A stretch of DNA of 64,000 nt, from NCBI GenBank assembly GCA_002633005.1, contig NMRA01000187.1:216191-280190 (forward strand). The letters run 5' to 3'. Position 1 is the stretch's first letter; every line of letters starts with the position of its first letter. Position numbers and translations under genes: made by a program. Of this stretch, positions 1 through 14,943 are shown one piece after another. The notes below the pieces were generated by a model. That model had not been told where the DNA came from and searched no databases. It was given only the letters and a program-made list of their open reading frames with translations. The stretch comes from Phoronis australis. Its lineage: Eukaryota > Animalia > Phoronida.

Positions 1-3000
1 GAGGTTCGCATATTGGCGCATGCCCCTAAGTTTCACATACTGTATAAGCCCAAGTGCCGTCCCGCTCTATAGTTAAATTCCTTGGCTCAGTTTTCAAGAA
101 AGTTAAATTGAGCAAATATTTTTATAACTGTATTGCCGTGCATTTAAGCCCATGGCTTTATATTCTAAATAACGGCCATTTTTACTATGCAAGAGGTTCG
201 CATACTGGCGCATGCACACTTAGTATTCAGTTTATGCAGTCAGAAGCGTGGTCACGCATACGCTAATACAGCTTCCTATATGTCAACGTTAAAATGCTTG
301 CTGGCTATGAACATGACTTCTGTCCAAGAAACGAACCTTTGATTTCGACCATGCACTACCAGGGCCGTAGGAAGCGGGGGGGGGGGGCGGGGGGGGGTTC
401 ATGTCCCCAAAAAATTCAGGCTTCAGGGTTAAACCATGGCAACCGACATAGGCGTAGGGCCGGGGATAGTCGAGAAAAGAAAGACTAAGAAATACGGATA
501 AGAGGGAAAATTCAAGAGAACATTTAACAACTCTGTATCAGTGCATGGTTTACCTTTTGAGGGCCCTAGCCAGGACATTGTTGTTAGGGTCTCCGCTTTT
601 GCAGCACTGGTCGTCTAAAAGCACTTGAAAACGTGGACGTCATCATTCATACATGTATTTCGAAAAATCGAGAAAATTTGTAAAGCGAGGCTTTTGCAGA
701 GCGTACTAATTCAATTTTGCGAAAGCAAAACTATATTTTCCCAAAGGCCCCTCTCTGGCAAAAGATAACGGAAACAACTTTCGCTGTATGTTTTTTTTTT
801 CTCGAAATTGCATATAATTTGAGAAAAGTTGATGATCTTTCAGATAACATCAATTGCTACGCATTTCCTTATTTTTTGAAAATATAGATGTTTTCATATT
901 TAGGGACCCCGCCCTTTTGAAGGAGGCCATTGATGACTCTCAAGTGGCCACCCTTTTTGTGCTTTTATTGAGAAATTCTTAAGGGGCCACTCACGGAAAG
1001 AGGACACAATGTTGGATTCGATTACCTCTATTTTCCTGTTTTTGTGAAACCGTGCAACCGGCATTCATGTTGAAGAAGGTCACTTCCTGCACCGTCTTGT
1101 GACCACACGACGGTGGAATGCACTGTCACGCCTTTCCAAGCTTAATGATGTTTAGCCTTTCAAGGTGTCCCATTTCAGACAGGACCCTCTCTCGGTGGAG
1201 CAGTTCGGGGGAAATATCCCTTTGTTCGTTTATACACTTAAGTCCGAAACTGCCAAGCGTTCACGAGGGAAGTTGGGATCCCAAATTCATCAAAAAACCC
1301 AAAACATTCGTGCACAGCAAATCAGTATCAGGACATTCGACCCAAACAACTAAAAGTGTGACCACCATCAAAATGGTGGAATTTTGAAGAACGTGAAGAT
1401 CACTATTTGTGAATTACACAAAAGGACTATTTCCGATGGCTACTTATTAAATGATACTTGTTTATTGTTTCCCATAGTATGACAAAAATAGTATCTCGTT
1501 TGAAGATGGTTACTATGTGTTGTTTGTAAGGAATTCACACATGTGAAAAACACTGTTGTCTAAGCTACTATTTGTGGTGCCGTGCAAATGTCGAAAGGGG
1601 GTACTCAAAGAACTGTCGCAGTCATAAACAAAGATTTCGGCGTTTTTTGTAAGTTGAGTTCAAGTTTACCTCGTGAACCGTTATAGGTACCTCTGAAATG
1701 AGCAGAAATACACCTTAATACGAATGCCCAATCTCCCATGTTCCCCCGGTTACCCGTGTTAGAAATCTGCGAGCATGCATGCGGAAATCGCTTGTAACAT
1801 TCCGTTTTGATAAACACATTCGTTGATTTCTGATTTACTTGTTTATGTATCTACGAAAATCGATAGATTCATGGATCTGATGATCTTTGACAATACGTTG
1901 CTAATCTTGTAAAAATTGATGATGTTTCAGTGAATTTAGTTGCAGCTTGAAATTGGAAAAACTCTATAATCCGATCCCCAAATAATAAAGTACACTTAGA
2001 CGATTTTTGCCTATCTAAAATAACTCTCAAAGATATTGATGACTTTCGGAAGCACAAAAGATCGAAAAAAAATTTAAAAGTATTAAAATAACAAAATTAA
2101 ACTCATTGCTTGGAAAAGTTGTCTTTACACTTTCATGGTGTTTTTGGTTTCCAGTAGTATTGCGCAATGAATTTTTGTTCTTCAAAACTTAATTTTTGCT
2201 TGCCCTGATTCCCTTGCCGCACCTACGTTAAAAATAAGAAGTAACAATGCAGTAGGTCCGTGCAGAGTCTCAGTGATCCGCGGGAACTTAACTCTAGGTG
2301 TTGAAGTGAGTACTTTGGGACAAACTCTATCATTTTCCCACAAACCAGAAACTGGACTGTCGGTCGTATTTCAACGAGGTAATTTGAAACAGTGCTAAGG
2401 ACACTATGTACCAGGGACCTCGGGACGTCATCTTTTCAAAAAACTCCTTCAAAGAATGACCGTATTAGAAAAATGGGGGGCATGGCAGAGTATTAGCCAG
2501 GATTTCGTCCGTCAGACATTCGTAACCCGTACTGCCAAAGGGAGTCTGAGAGAATTTTAGAGGGCCATGGCCCCCTTGCCCCCTTCCCCCCCCCCCTTAA
2601 ATTCGCCACTGGCTACAGTTACTTGAGACAGCTCCTCGCTACCCGTCAGTGCACTGCGGGTCCTGGGTGCATTCTTACTCTACGTGTTAGTTCACGGTTT
2701 CTCAAGTCTTGATGGCTACATCCCTGGGATTGCCACCCACCGAGGGGCGGGCGTGGGAGATACGATACAAATATGGTCTGGCATCAGGAGCACGGCGTGC
2801 GGGCGGAGGTGATGGCCATGGGGGGAGGGGCAGTTTGAAAAGTTGCAATGGCTTGTTCCCCACCCCCCACCCAATATTTTTGGGTTCCTGCGGGCCTGAC
2901 TACAACCGTTATAAAATTGGTCCAACATACCCTATGTTCCTAGTGATTGTGCAGACAATTTACAAATTTTTACTCCGTCATGTGACTATGCTCGGCTTTT

Positions 3001-6000
3001 CATACCACATGTCGTCCAAGCCCATATCATCAAGAGCGTTAGTTTCCAACAAAAACTCCCATATCCGATCATATCAACTACTGTTTTGAGGGACCTTTAT
3101 GAGATCACTTTCTAAGCGATAAGTGCTGAAGTCAAATTAAAAGCGTGATGACGTCAGTGATGGTAGTCAGGTTTATCACCGCTTAGAACATACATCACCA
3201 GCTATATTGAAATGGTATGTGTACATGTACCTACCCAAAGGCCAACTAAAAGGACAAACACAAGGTATGCCACCAAAACCAGGATGTCTGCCCAGTGGTC
3301 CAATCCAGCCCGATCTAGAGCCATGTTGCTACAACCAGAATGTGTGTAGAGTCAATTGCGGTAACTGGCGGTCTCTCTCCTACCAAAGCGATATAACTGA
3401 AGATTTCAATAACTTTTACGTTGACCCAACACTCGATCCCAGCCCCAGTTGATCACTTGAACAGTACTAGTGCCATGATATCTGTAGTACACTCAGTTGC
3501 TTCACTCCATACACTGTACGCAGTCGGTTCCAACTCAATTTAATTGTCGCTGAAAAATTACTAATCACGTATGGCTCGAAATTTCAAACTTAAGCAAACT
3601 AAAACAGAGATCGGCCATAGGCGGAGCAACGATGATAACCAGTCATCTATAGCTAGGGCGGCGCGACCCCAAGCAGCAGTCCTTTATCTAATCGCCCATG
3701 TTGTTTTAATCAGAAAAATTTCGCAACATGCGTATCTTATTTGTTTACAACTTAGAACCGCTGGCTAAAGTTATGGGTTTAATAAAACTGTCAGGAGCCC
3801 GGATGTAACATTGCTGCTGTCAGCAGACTGCTGTGTGCACGTTTGTTTCAGCTCGCTGCTGTTATTGCACTTTCCGATTTCAAGATAACGACCATTTCAA
3901 AATGTCAGTTGCCTTTTAACCGAAACCAGCTATTACGTCACTTGAAAGCCCCTTCGTCAGTCTCTCAAAGATCTACAAGAGTGACCTCAATATGATTCCA
4001 GATAATTTAAAAAGTGAGAGCTGGTGGGGCGCTAAAATAAAAACGTGCGAATTTAGCTTTTTTGTACACATCCACTGGCATGACACTCGCTTTCGCTTCA
4101 AATAGAAAGAAGTACCAAAGATAAATATTTAATGATAAAATGCAAAGTATGCGTTCGAAAAATGTCTGGAATTTAATAGTCGTGGTGAAATTGCTTGAAT
4201 TGGAAATGCGTGGGACATGTGCACCTTGACATTCCATCAACTTATGTCCTCAGTATACCCAAAGATACCATATCCCTATTTAGGTCATACGTCGGACATC
4301 TTACGTAACTATAAAATCTTTGGTATACCTGCGCGCCATCCTGTGTGCGAGCTCTTTAGTCAGCCAATTTTGCCGCCAGCGACCGTCACAACGCTGCAAT
4401 TGTCCACGGCAATTTGGCCTATCGCCAGACTTATGACTGACGGCTTAACGGAATATTCAGAACGCGGCATTTTCGACACACCTTCGGAGTCTCCATTTCC
4501 AAGCCGCCATTTTACCCTACAAACAACACGTTGTAGGTGAAGCTCTTTTTAGCCTAGATCTATAGCTAAAAAAATGAGCGATATGAATATGGTGAAACGG
4601 TGTTGATATGGTGTGTGCACTTCTGACAGGCGTTATACAGCTCGAGAATATCCCGTCACTTAATTTTGGGCATTCCATTAGCCGGAAAGTGATGTCGACT
4701 GTGCAAACGATGGAATTAAACTGTGTGGAGCAGCAGATGACGGATTTAGAGGGGGGCCAAGGGAGCCATTTCCCCCAAATTCTCCCAGATTCCATTTGGC
4801 TGTTCGAGGGTGCGAATGTCTGACTGGCAAAATCCTGCATGGCTATTACTCGATCTGCCATGGCCGATCAAAATCCTGGATCCGTCCCTCTAGTGTGGAC
4901 GATCACACGAACAGCCAAACATGGCAATGTTGCTGGATTACTCGAAGGTAAAACACAAATATGTTAATTTGTTCCAAGATATGTACTTTTCAGTTTGGTG
5001 GCTATAGTGTAGGTCTATCTGATTTTGACTCCGGAAGTTCACTCGTCTGGGGCGCCTTTGTCTTGGAACACTAGCAACTAGTCCCCGAAAATTGTTGTTT
5101 TCAGGGCATTTTTAATATTTTTCATTTATTTACACCTATAATTGACATCGCTCTGTTTCGTACGGTAGCAGAGGAATATTTTTGGTTATTCATACATCCG
5201 TATAGGCTGGCGTTCAACAGAACTTCTCACTAAAATTGACAGATTCGATCGGCACTTGCAAGGAGGGGCACTAGATTACTGAACTCAAACCTTGATCGAG
5301 CTGTTGTCACGAAAAAATAAACAGTTGAATTACTTTATGTTGAGAACTTCTAGTATACACTACGCCTTTAGAGTTAGGGAGAGTTCATGTTGTAGCTGTT
5401 CAATCATGATACTTGAATTTATGAAGCTTTAAATAACAGGTTTTGTAAATGCACAATTTTGACCACTACAAATGCAGCCTTGTCATCTTTGTAACCATAC
5501 CACAGCCTAGTGATCATGATACGTTTAAAATTAAACGAAAGCTACCCTTATGCAATGATACTACAAACAATGTGGAGTTCATCAGAGGGTTGACCTAACT
5601 TAAATGTCTTAATGGTGCCCTGAATTAGGCCTATTGCCAACTCCATGCCTTAATTCGACTTAGACACAGCCCTAGACCTATCGGAGCTATAGCTTGTCTA
5701 GGATAAGATGAGTATGTATGTGCCTGAGCCATATGAACCTGATTTTTTAATCAAAATATTTCGCTCAAACAATAAAAAGTATGAACAGTGCTATCGAATC
5801 GGCCTACTTTACTCGCGAAACCCATCAATGGTGACCTACTTTGGCGGAATTTAGCAGACAGCAGATCAAAACTATCGGCAAATCTTCACTGATTTTGTTC
5901 GAAATATCCTGATATCTATGGCAAATAATTCGACTTTAACGTACATACTCAGCTTTACATGAATATATTGCATAAGTGGCTTTGCATAGTTTTCACCCGG

Positions 6001-9000
6001 TGAAGGTGAACCCCCATGAGGGGTTCTTTGATTTTCGCTGTCTCCGAAGTAGGCTACTTTCCTCGAACACTCTTTTTTCATCGTCGTCGATTTGCAAATT
6101 CCCAACTCATGAACGCATGATTCTCAGCTGAAACTGATTATCGCCTGTTGTCTTTGTCGAAGCGTTTTCTGAAGGTGAACACACATGGATTCCATCAGGA
6201 GCGCCGTTTTGCTACAATGTATTTGCCTCTGCCATCTTGTTTGTTTGTCGGGTGTCACGTGACTTTTCCGCAAGGGGGCGTAGCTTGCGATAGGTGAGAG
6301 TGTAGCGTTCGTGGTGGCACGGAGACAGGGTGAAAGGCCTTATTCTTGAGGCCAGTCCAAATTTACCAGCTTTTTAGGTATCGTTGCAAGTAGGTTTTAT
6401 GAATTTGTCTATCTTCATTAAATGGCGGCTCACGTCGGGTGTTTCATGGTTTTTTGCGACAATTTCCGGCGACCTAAAAGCGCCGCGTGGGGCGCTTGTG
6501 GGTGTTGGGTTTCCAGTTCAAGAAACTTGAAATAGTGCCGAAACGTTTTTGTGGCGAAGTGTGCAAAAAGTCAGCCTCAGAGAAACAAGTCTGGGAAAAC
6601 GAGACAAAAGGGAACTACCAAAATTGGGCGAACAAACAATTCACAGCTCTGAAAGTAACAGAATCGCTTTTTACTTTTGGTAAAAGGTCCACATTCCCAA
6701 AAATTCGAGCCAACATATTTTAGGCTGGGTGTGCGCATGCGTTGCGGAGAATATTTTCCTCTAACGTTTTGGCATGATCAGATGTCCCTCTTTTTATTGG
6801 AAAGTCCAGTGTTTCAACCAAATTGTTCTCGTGTATCTTTATCGAGATATTGCCTCTCTAGCTGTGATGAATATTATTAGATTCCGAAGTCCTCTTTCTT
6901 TAGTAAAAAAGAAACATACTACTACGCGCTACAATGACTCTTGTTCAAAGGTTAGCTGACACTACATGAATCAGTGTAAACAGTTTTCACTTTCTGAATG
7001 AACGATTTCTCGACATTTTGTAAGTCCTACAGTGCCACCAATGTGATAAGCCATTCACAGTATATTTAAAAGCACAACAGTTGTGATGCCAAACTGCAAC
7101 ATTACTATAAATGGCATGTATAATATTGGATGCACGAAACTGAGGCATCCGTTTCTCAAAATTTTAGTGCATGTGTAAAGGGTTAGCAATCTTTTGGGTT
7201 ATTGAAATTCTTTTCCTGCTGGTTTAAAAATTAGTCATTCATACCAACTATCTAATTCGTTTCTTTTTATTTACAGTTACACAGTACCCTATATCAATTG
7301 ACTAACTAATTTATCCAACAATGAATTCATGAGATTTTTTGATATTTTCAAAGTTATTTTTCTTTCGCTTTTTGATAACAAACAGTAGTCTTTGGAATTA
7401 AACAAACATTTAAAATCTGTCAAGTATGCGCAATGGCAATTGTTTATCCTTTGCTGGTGGTATAACCATAGCGAGGCTGTATAGTTTGATTGACAGACGA
7501 GTGAAGGAGACACTTACCCCGCTACCTTGTGACAAATAATACATTTTGTTATAATTTGTCGAGTTACACGATTTTGAGCTATAGAGGTGCTACATCTTTT
7601 TGCTTGTGACAGAAAAACGAGGCTATTTACGGGCCAAGTATTGTTGAGAGGTGTACATGTATAGACTATTGAAGCAATGAGGGTGCGGTTGTACTAGACA
7701 AGAGTATTGTTATCCACGGTTTGCGTGATAACATGTTTTGGAACGGTAGTCGCACGCACCTGCTGAAGTCCGGTTGGAGGTCATTTTACGATTGCAATGA
7801 GTTCATTTACAGCCATTCAGGCACAACAGGTTCGAAGATACTATTTGACAATGGTGACATTCTACCACACACTGTAAAAGGTTTCAAGACGCACTCGATC
7901 CCGCAGCAAAGCCCCATGGTGAAAAAGGCACTGTAATGCTCCACACTCACTGGTTTGGTTGAATAAATAATAGGTGTACATTCGTACACACGACCGCGGC
8001 CGGCACAGCTAGCGGGCACAAGGAGCGGGGGCACTCTGCCTCCTATATTTTGCAAGGCTTTACGGCCGAACCTGTCACGACATCGCCTCAAAAGTGTAGT
8101 ACAGACCAAAAAAAAAAAAAAGCACAACGAAAAATACAGGAGAAAATTTAACACGACTTATTTGAAAGCACAGCTGCACTGCTTCTTAACACTGCATGTA
8201 CTCCCTACACACTAAAAACAATGAACGATGACCAGCACTGTGATTGGTTGTCCCGACTTTTCATACACTACGTTTCGACCAAATGCTCGTACCTAGAGAT
8301 CAGCTAACTTGCACGTTTGACGGTTGGTAGACTGGTGCGATCGGTTTCTTGTAGTGATAAAAATTGATGATTTTAAGGACATGAAGGAGTAAAGTGCTGG
8401 GATTCTCGTTTGTTTTGGTGCATGCTTGTAAGGTAAGCCAAAAGAAATCGTATTCAGAAATCTGAATAGATACCGTGAAACAGCGGCTCCCGGTTTTGGC
8501 ATTAAGTCAATTCCCACAGAAGACGTGTGCTGTGATAAAGAAATTTTAGTAAACCACATGTACACAATGACGTCACATATGTCATAAATTTGTCATCTTT
8601 CCAAAACACCTCCACATCGACTGATGACGTACATGTATAAGGTAACTCCCTTAGCATGAGCGGCGCAGCACTGAAATCAGCTCTATCATCCACAGCCTAT
8701 GTTTAGTGATGTGTGACGCCAACTGGTCCATTATATGCTACAGCGGGCCACAGTTACCTCAAATGGTACTTTATGTGCTCCAGCGGGCCACAGATACCTC
8801 AAATGTTCCATTATATGTTGTAGCGGGCCATTCATTTCATAGCGTCATTCGTCACTTAGTTAAATCAATTCAAATCTATAATTCCGTCAGCGAACTCAAG
8901 GATATTATAGGCCCTATATTCGGTCATCTTAACAGGCGTTGTTACGTCTGTAAAATATTCAATTCCAAGTTGTGATATCTGAAACAACGAGACTCCGTGC

Positions 9001-10046
9001 TCTAAATTTTATTTCCTCTGGCGATCATCTCGTTTCACAGGTGTTGCTGTTTGTTTTGTAGCGGATGGCTTTTTACCTCAACAGGGAGAAGGGCCTTAGC
9101 AGGGAATAGTTGGCGGACGAATGGGCGACATGGAGAGTTTGACCTAGTTAATTCTTGGCGGACGAATGGGCCAGAGTTTGACAAAGTTAATAGCGAATGT
9201 TCAAATCTCAATGCACACTTGCCCCACACCAGTTCCTCTCTATTGCATTCTGGGAAAGTATGTATGCCTAGCAACAGCGTGACAGTTTCTATGCGGAAGC
9301 GATTATTATATTTAGCTACAGTTTTCAAGACTAGAAAAATATGTTACAAATTCTCAGTACCTTATAAACATGCTATAAACATTCCCACTAAATAAGATTG
9401 GTCCAAACCCCGCCTGTCAGGATAAACGGTGGGGTTTGGAAAATTGAACTAGACCGTATTTATCCACCTTGGCTGAGTCGCGCTCGGCTCACGATCAAAG
9501 GGATGCCGCCAAGCTGCTCTATTCATCGAGTTACGAGCGAGGATAATTGGCTTCGCTCATGCGGATATGATCAGCTGATTACAATCTAGCTAGCAGACTG
9601 TACTTTTTATGGAGAGAGTTTTACGTAGTTTTTACTGTAATATTTGAAAAGAGGAGCGAAAGCAAATATGAGTACAACTTTGAATATTTCAAATTGGCCC
9701 AGGATAAGAGATTTTGCAACACAGCAACACTCACGATTTCTTTCATTCGGCGCGCACGAATACAAAAATATAAGACCCAAGTTATTTAGATTTTGGAACA
9801 CTTGCATTGCAATATTCAAAATACGTCTATTATGAATCTTACAAGCTGTAAAACGACGTTGTTTAATTTCATTGTGCTCATTCATTGTCATCCGCCAAAT
9901 CGGAAATTTCCGAGATGTGATCTGCGGCGTGCGCGTATGTGTACAAAACACGTGATTGTTATGTTCCGAAGTACGAAAATTAAGAAACTTTAGCATGCCG
10001 TTAATATTGAGTGGGCATAGNGACTTAAACACTGTTCGTATAATAA

Positions 10047-10547
10047 GAGACCTACTTGTTTATGGTTCACAGCGTTTGCGCGCGAAACCTACTTCATTTT
10101 GTAATGCTTATTACATGTTTTATATTTTGTGCAATCGGTTCGTAACAAATTTGTTGTATTTAAAATAGTCTTCAAATGCCCAAAAGATCAAATCCGTTTT
10201 TCGTTTTGGCAATAATGACGGGATTGGTTTGGAAATCATCTTAAGTTAAGGTTTGACAAAGAGAGAATTTTGAGTTTCTGAGTGATTCACTAAGGCTTCG
10301 ATTAAAATTCACATATTACCAGCAGCTTTTGTTTTTTCATCGTCACTCAGGTTCCATTTTCTTTAAAAAATGAAGTAAATTTCCTTCACTGCACAGCGGA
10401 GCAGACGACGGAAAGGGAGTCGTAGTGCGCAGCGCCACTGCCGGTCGCCTGGGATATCGCGAGAGAGCCTATACTTAGCCATAGTTTCGTTACGAATGCG
10501 CCGTGTTCCGAATTTGACACTTGAAATTGGATCTGAGCCCCCCCCCC
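10047..10547 (+). repeat. ~480-bp dispersed repeat, second copy at 12766-13230
   Basis: Colinear diverged copies ending in gagcccccccc. Confidence 0.85.
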
Positions 10548-11422
10548 TAAACACTAAAAATGCACACATTTAAATCTTGTTTCATCCGTATATTTCTAAT
10601 TACAGGGTTAATTAATAAATTCAACATTTCCTTACGCTCTTGCTGTTTTAATTTTTGCGGCAGCCAAGGGGGGGGGGTCATTAATTAGTAGGAGTCTTAA
10701 TAAATAATCGCAGTCTTAAGTCGCATCATTCTAATTTGAGTGGCGAATGAAATAAATTTGATGCTGCACTCAAAATTTTAATTAAAAGGATTATTGGGGT
10801 CCTCTTTTGGACTCCCCAGGGACCAAAACCCAGGATTATGCAAATTAAGATGCTCCTTTCATTAAATGGTAGGTGATTTACAATAGAATTACGCACTCAA
10901 ACCTTCTGTAGTCAAAATTGTGAATTAAGTCCTGCTGGCTCTGCAACTACTATTACATGTAGTCTTTTGGTAGCATCGTTTGTGCTGGAAGTCCTACGTG
11001 TGCTACTCCTGATTAAAGCTTAAAACGAATACTCACTTCTCCAAACATATAACTTAAATGAAAAGTTTAGAGCAATTAGAAAAAAGCAGGAAAAAATAGG
11101 AAATATTAGGAATTTCAAAAAAGGTAGGATAAAGTAGGAACAGGCTAAAAAGTAGGAAAAGTAGGAACGTCTGAAAGCCTTTGCAAGTTGTCTTGAGAGA
11201 TAGAGAACCTGTCTCTGCAACATCAGTTGTCACATGACGTGTCTTCTAGGATGTTAAGTACTGGCCAAGTCCTGTGTGACATTTTTCTTGCTTACAAATT
11301 TGATAATGTCCATTGTTTTGTTTGTCAGACTGGATTGGAAATATCAGTATTGTTCATGAGAACAGCAGTTCTGGCAGTATTTAAAATACTTGTGGGCAAT
11401 GCATTATAGCATAGAGGTTGAA

Positions 11423-12297
11423 AGTACGTACACTACACGGGGTACGTACACTACATTTCAATGACTTGTCAGGTTTATAAAAAAATACTTAGAATCTACT
11501 GAGAGTTAGTTCATTTACCAAATCTATTTAAAGAGAACAAATAATAACTCCTGTATGCAGTGCATATCTGTCTGTCATTATTTGAAAACAGGCACAGGTT
11601 ATATTGTAGGGGTACGTACACTACACAAATGCTAATATTTCACTCGAAACAAATGTACAGGTGTACTTGTAATTAACACCCTTTTAAAGGAGGAAACTTT
11701 CTGTGACAAGTGTTGCTTACTTACCGTGTAATATTTTTGTTTCATGGTATTTGTTCACATCAGGGTACGTACACTACATAGGGGGTACGTACACTACATT
11801 TCAATGAAATGTCAGGTTTGTAACTAAATACCAAGAACCTACTGAGAGTTAAATGATTTACTAAATCAATTCATAGACAAAATAAAAAAACACAGCACTC
11901 ATGTGCATATCTGCCGTACTTTGAAAATAGGCACAAATTAAACTACAGGGATACGTGCATTACACAAATGCTAATATTTCACTCAAAACAAATGTATTTG
12001 CAATAAACACCCTTTTAACCTAACATTTTTAAGAAAGTAAACTGTCTATGACAAGTGTTGCTCACTTACCAAGTGATATTTTAATTTCATGGCAATTGTA
12101 AACATGGGGGTACAAACACTACAAAAGGGGGTACGTACACTACATCACTTTTCTGCATCACATGGTAAAAAATGTTGAATGGCCATTTATTTTTCTTTGA
12201 TGATAATAAGCACCATGTTGTTACTTAAAAGGCAACAATTTCATTTGCAATGACCATTTGTGTTACTGAATTCCACATGGGGGTACGTACACTACAT
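11423..12297 (+). repeat. ~345-bp tandem duplication punctuated by GGGGTACGTACACTACA motifs
   Basis: Motif at ~11423, 11439, 11609, 11763, 11782, 12128, 12279. Confidence 0.75.
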
Positions 12298-12677
12298 TTT
12301 ATTAGCGTTTTTGGCCCATTTTCAACAAAGCAGAACCCAGTCGATATCCAAACTTTTGGTTTGTTTAGATATTGAATAATTTGCTGTGTTGCTTACGCCA
12401 ACATTTTCTGCAGTTCTTTTCAGTGGCGGATCTAGGATATCACAAGGGGGGGCCCAACATTTTGTCCGGCTCCAAGCATTTGCGCAAACTGAACGATTGT
12501 AGATGCGCATAGCACCGAATGGGGGGAGGTCGGGATGGGGGTTTGCCCCCCTCCCGCCCAGGAAATTTTTCTGTTTTTACCTCTAAAAATCAAGCATTTT
12601 CGTTGATTCCTGATATATTATCCAAGATAAAAAGGCAAAAAAACGGAGAACGTATCAGTAAGGAAAAACTGCAAGTA

Positions 12678-12740
12678 CCAAAGACTCGAACCCACAACCT
12701 GGCGGATAGAGCGAGCGTGCGTTACCACTTCACCACCACG
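12678..12740 (-). mobile_element. tRNA-derived SINE head fragment
   Basis: A box TGGTGAAGTGG and B box GGTTCGAGTC at tRNA-like spacing; no intact cloverleaf. Confidence 0.55.
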
Positions 12741-13231
12741 ACTTCACCACTGCTTTCATATTAAAAGACCTACTTGGTTATGGTCCACAGCGTTGTGCAA
12801 TGCTTATTACACTTTTATATTTTGTGCCATCAATTCTTAACAAATTTGTCGTATTTGAAATAGTCTTCAAATGCCCACTAGACCAAACCCATTTTTCACG
12901 TTGGCAATAATAACGGGATTGCTTTGGAAATCGTCTTAAGATAAGGTTTGACAAAGAGAGTTTCTCAGTGATTCACTAAGGCTTGGATTAAAATTCACAT
13001 CTTACCAGCAGCTTCTGTTTTTTCATCGTCACTCAGATTCCATTTTCTTTAAAATTGAAGTAAATTTTCTTCATTGCACAGTGGAGCAGACGACGGAAAC
13101 GGAGTCGTAGTGCGCAGCGCCACTGCCGGTCACCTGGGATATCGCGGGAGAGCCTATACTTAGCCATAGTTCCGTTACCAATGCGCCGTGTTCCGAATTT
13201 GACACTTGAAATTGGATTTGAGCCCCCCCCN

Positions 13232-13330
13232 ATTTTCAGCCGTCAGATTACGACTGAGAGATATGTACTCTGAATTGATGAAGGTCCCTGCGAAACAACG
13301 CCTTAAGAAGGGTTCCATACCGTCGCTGTT
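13232..13330 (+). pseudogene. Frameshifted THAP-domain C-terminal remnant of a DNA transposon (Kolobok/P/Harbinger type)
   Basis: (H)FQPSDY/RDMYSELMKVPAKQRLKKGSIPSL resembles THAP HF...LK.GAVP. Confidence 0.5.
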
Positions 13331-13540
13331 GATTCCCGGCAGTGCCCCGTCGCCACCCCCGAGAAGCCTCGCGAGCTATAGCCACTATAAACAGTGACTG
13401 GGGGCACTTCATCTATTGTCACCCATGCCTCCGAACGTACCCCATAGCGTGCAATTCCAGGAACTAGCAGTGTGCTGTTGTCTCTAGCCCAGAGCCTGTA
13501 AGCAGCCCTGCAGCGATGTTAAGTAGAGGGAGTGAATACA

Positions 13541-13693
13541 GGCGTGCGTTCAGTAGTCGCTAGGATCTACGCTAGGACCTAGCTAAAGCGTAGTCAAAGT
13601 CACGTGTTCTCATTTAAAATGCACGGCAATATTTCACGTAATCTCGCGAAGTTTTGCTTTTTAGCGAGGTCCTAGCGTTACTGAACGGGAGGC
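13541..13693. mobile_element. ~150-bp palindromic MITE; inverted second copy at 26264-26406
   Basis: cgttcagtagtcgctagga ... tcctagcgttactgaacg; dispersed homolog in FUBP intron 9. Confidence 0.65.
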
Positions 13694-14604
13694 AGGCCCA
13701 GCTTGGCACCTAGTGAAAAGGACAGTTCGTCACCCAATGAACAGATCGGTGAGCCTAAGCTAGTTTGATAAGTTTATTGTGGACTTGTATTGGGGCTGTC
13801 TAGAAGGTGCCACGTGTGTGACGAGGGAGTCGCACGGCGGGATGTAAGCAGTTTCGGTGCTCAAGTCACCATCCACTGGGAGTGTGTCGCGGGACACTCG
13901 GGCAAGTGGGACAGTACTTCTCGGTAGGCAGCAACAGCGTGGCATGTTGACTGACTCGTAAACAAAAGCAAACGACCACCGAACTTATCACAACCGAGGT
14001 AGAACAATGACCGACTCGACTGCTCTCACAATCTGTATGAAAAGAAATTGGCGCGAAATTCTTGCCTCCCAAAACGTCACTTCCGGAGTAGACGACGAGT
14101 AATTGATTAAATTACGAAAAGCTGTAAATAAGTGAAAAATATGTCTGGGATAATCAACGAACCCTATTTTTGCTAAAAATGACATGAAAAAGGTTGCCTT
14201 CGCCTTTAACCTTCTTTACAGTACTGTAGGTGAGGGTTTGAAACACAGAATTTACAAATTTCGTAACGAATGCCCGTTTTAAGATGAACCCTACCATTTC
14301 TCAATTATTAAGGACAACTTCATCTAAGTGACTAAAGTTATTCCAGGTCATTTTAAGCAATTGCTTACTTGATAAAATAAATTTCTTTTCCAGTGTTGAC
14401 AATTGCAAATTGTAATTTTTAAGATGTTCACTCGTAACGCTAAAAATGCTTGAAATTCATAGACAAAAACATGAATAAATTTCTTAAACATTGCCCAATT
14501 TTGAGGATTTTTTTAATTTGCACAACTAAATAACTCTTTGCATAGGAGATTCAGTTTGCATTTGGTAAGTGATCAAAAAAAAAAAAATTATTGGAGACCG
14601 TAAC

Positions 14605-14943
14605 CACTGGCGGATTTAGGGGGATAGCATGCCCCCACCCTAAAATTGTACCAGATACCATTTGTCATTCGGTACGAATTGCTGACAAGGACATGCGCGC
14701 AACCAGGTGCGCTCGGGGGTGGCGTGAATAAACAATGCATAGGCCCTGAAAAAAGTTTGTTCAGGGAAAATTCCAAGCCTTGTCAAACCCCGTTTACCGT
14801 TCTTTTTTAGTCGAAAGGTCCGCAAACCCAAACATGCGAGAACCCTGCATCCCTACATTATAGGCTGGGCGCGTCCATCTGCCGGAATTCTGGTTATTCC
14901 TGTGCCCTGCCTCCCCTAACTAAAAATCCTGGATCCGCACCTG
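14605..14943. mobile_element. MITE of the CAG.GGCGGAT family with 5-bp flanking repeat gtaac
   Basis: cactggcggattt ... ggatccgcacctg; related termini at ~4735-4890, 12421, 60388. Confidence 0.6.

Noticed and set aside
12678-12745. Functional tRNA gene
   Set aside because: Has A and B boxes but no acceptor or anticodon stems; treated as a SINE head
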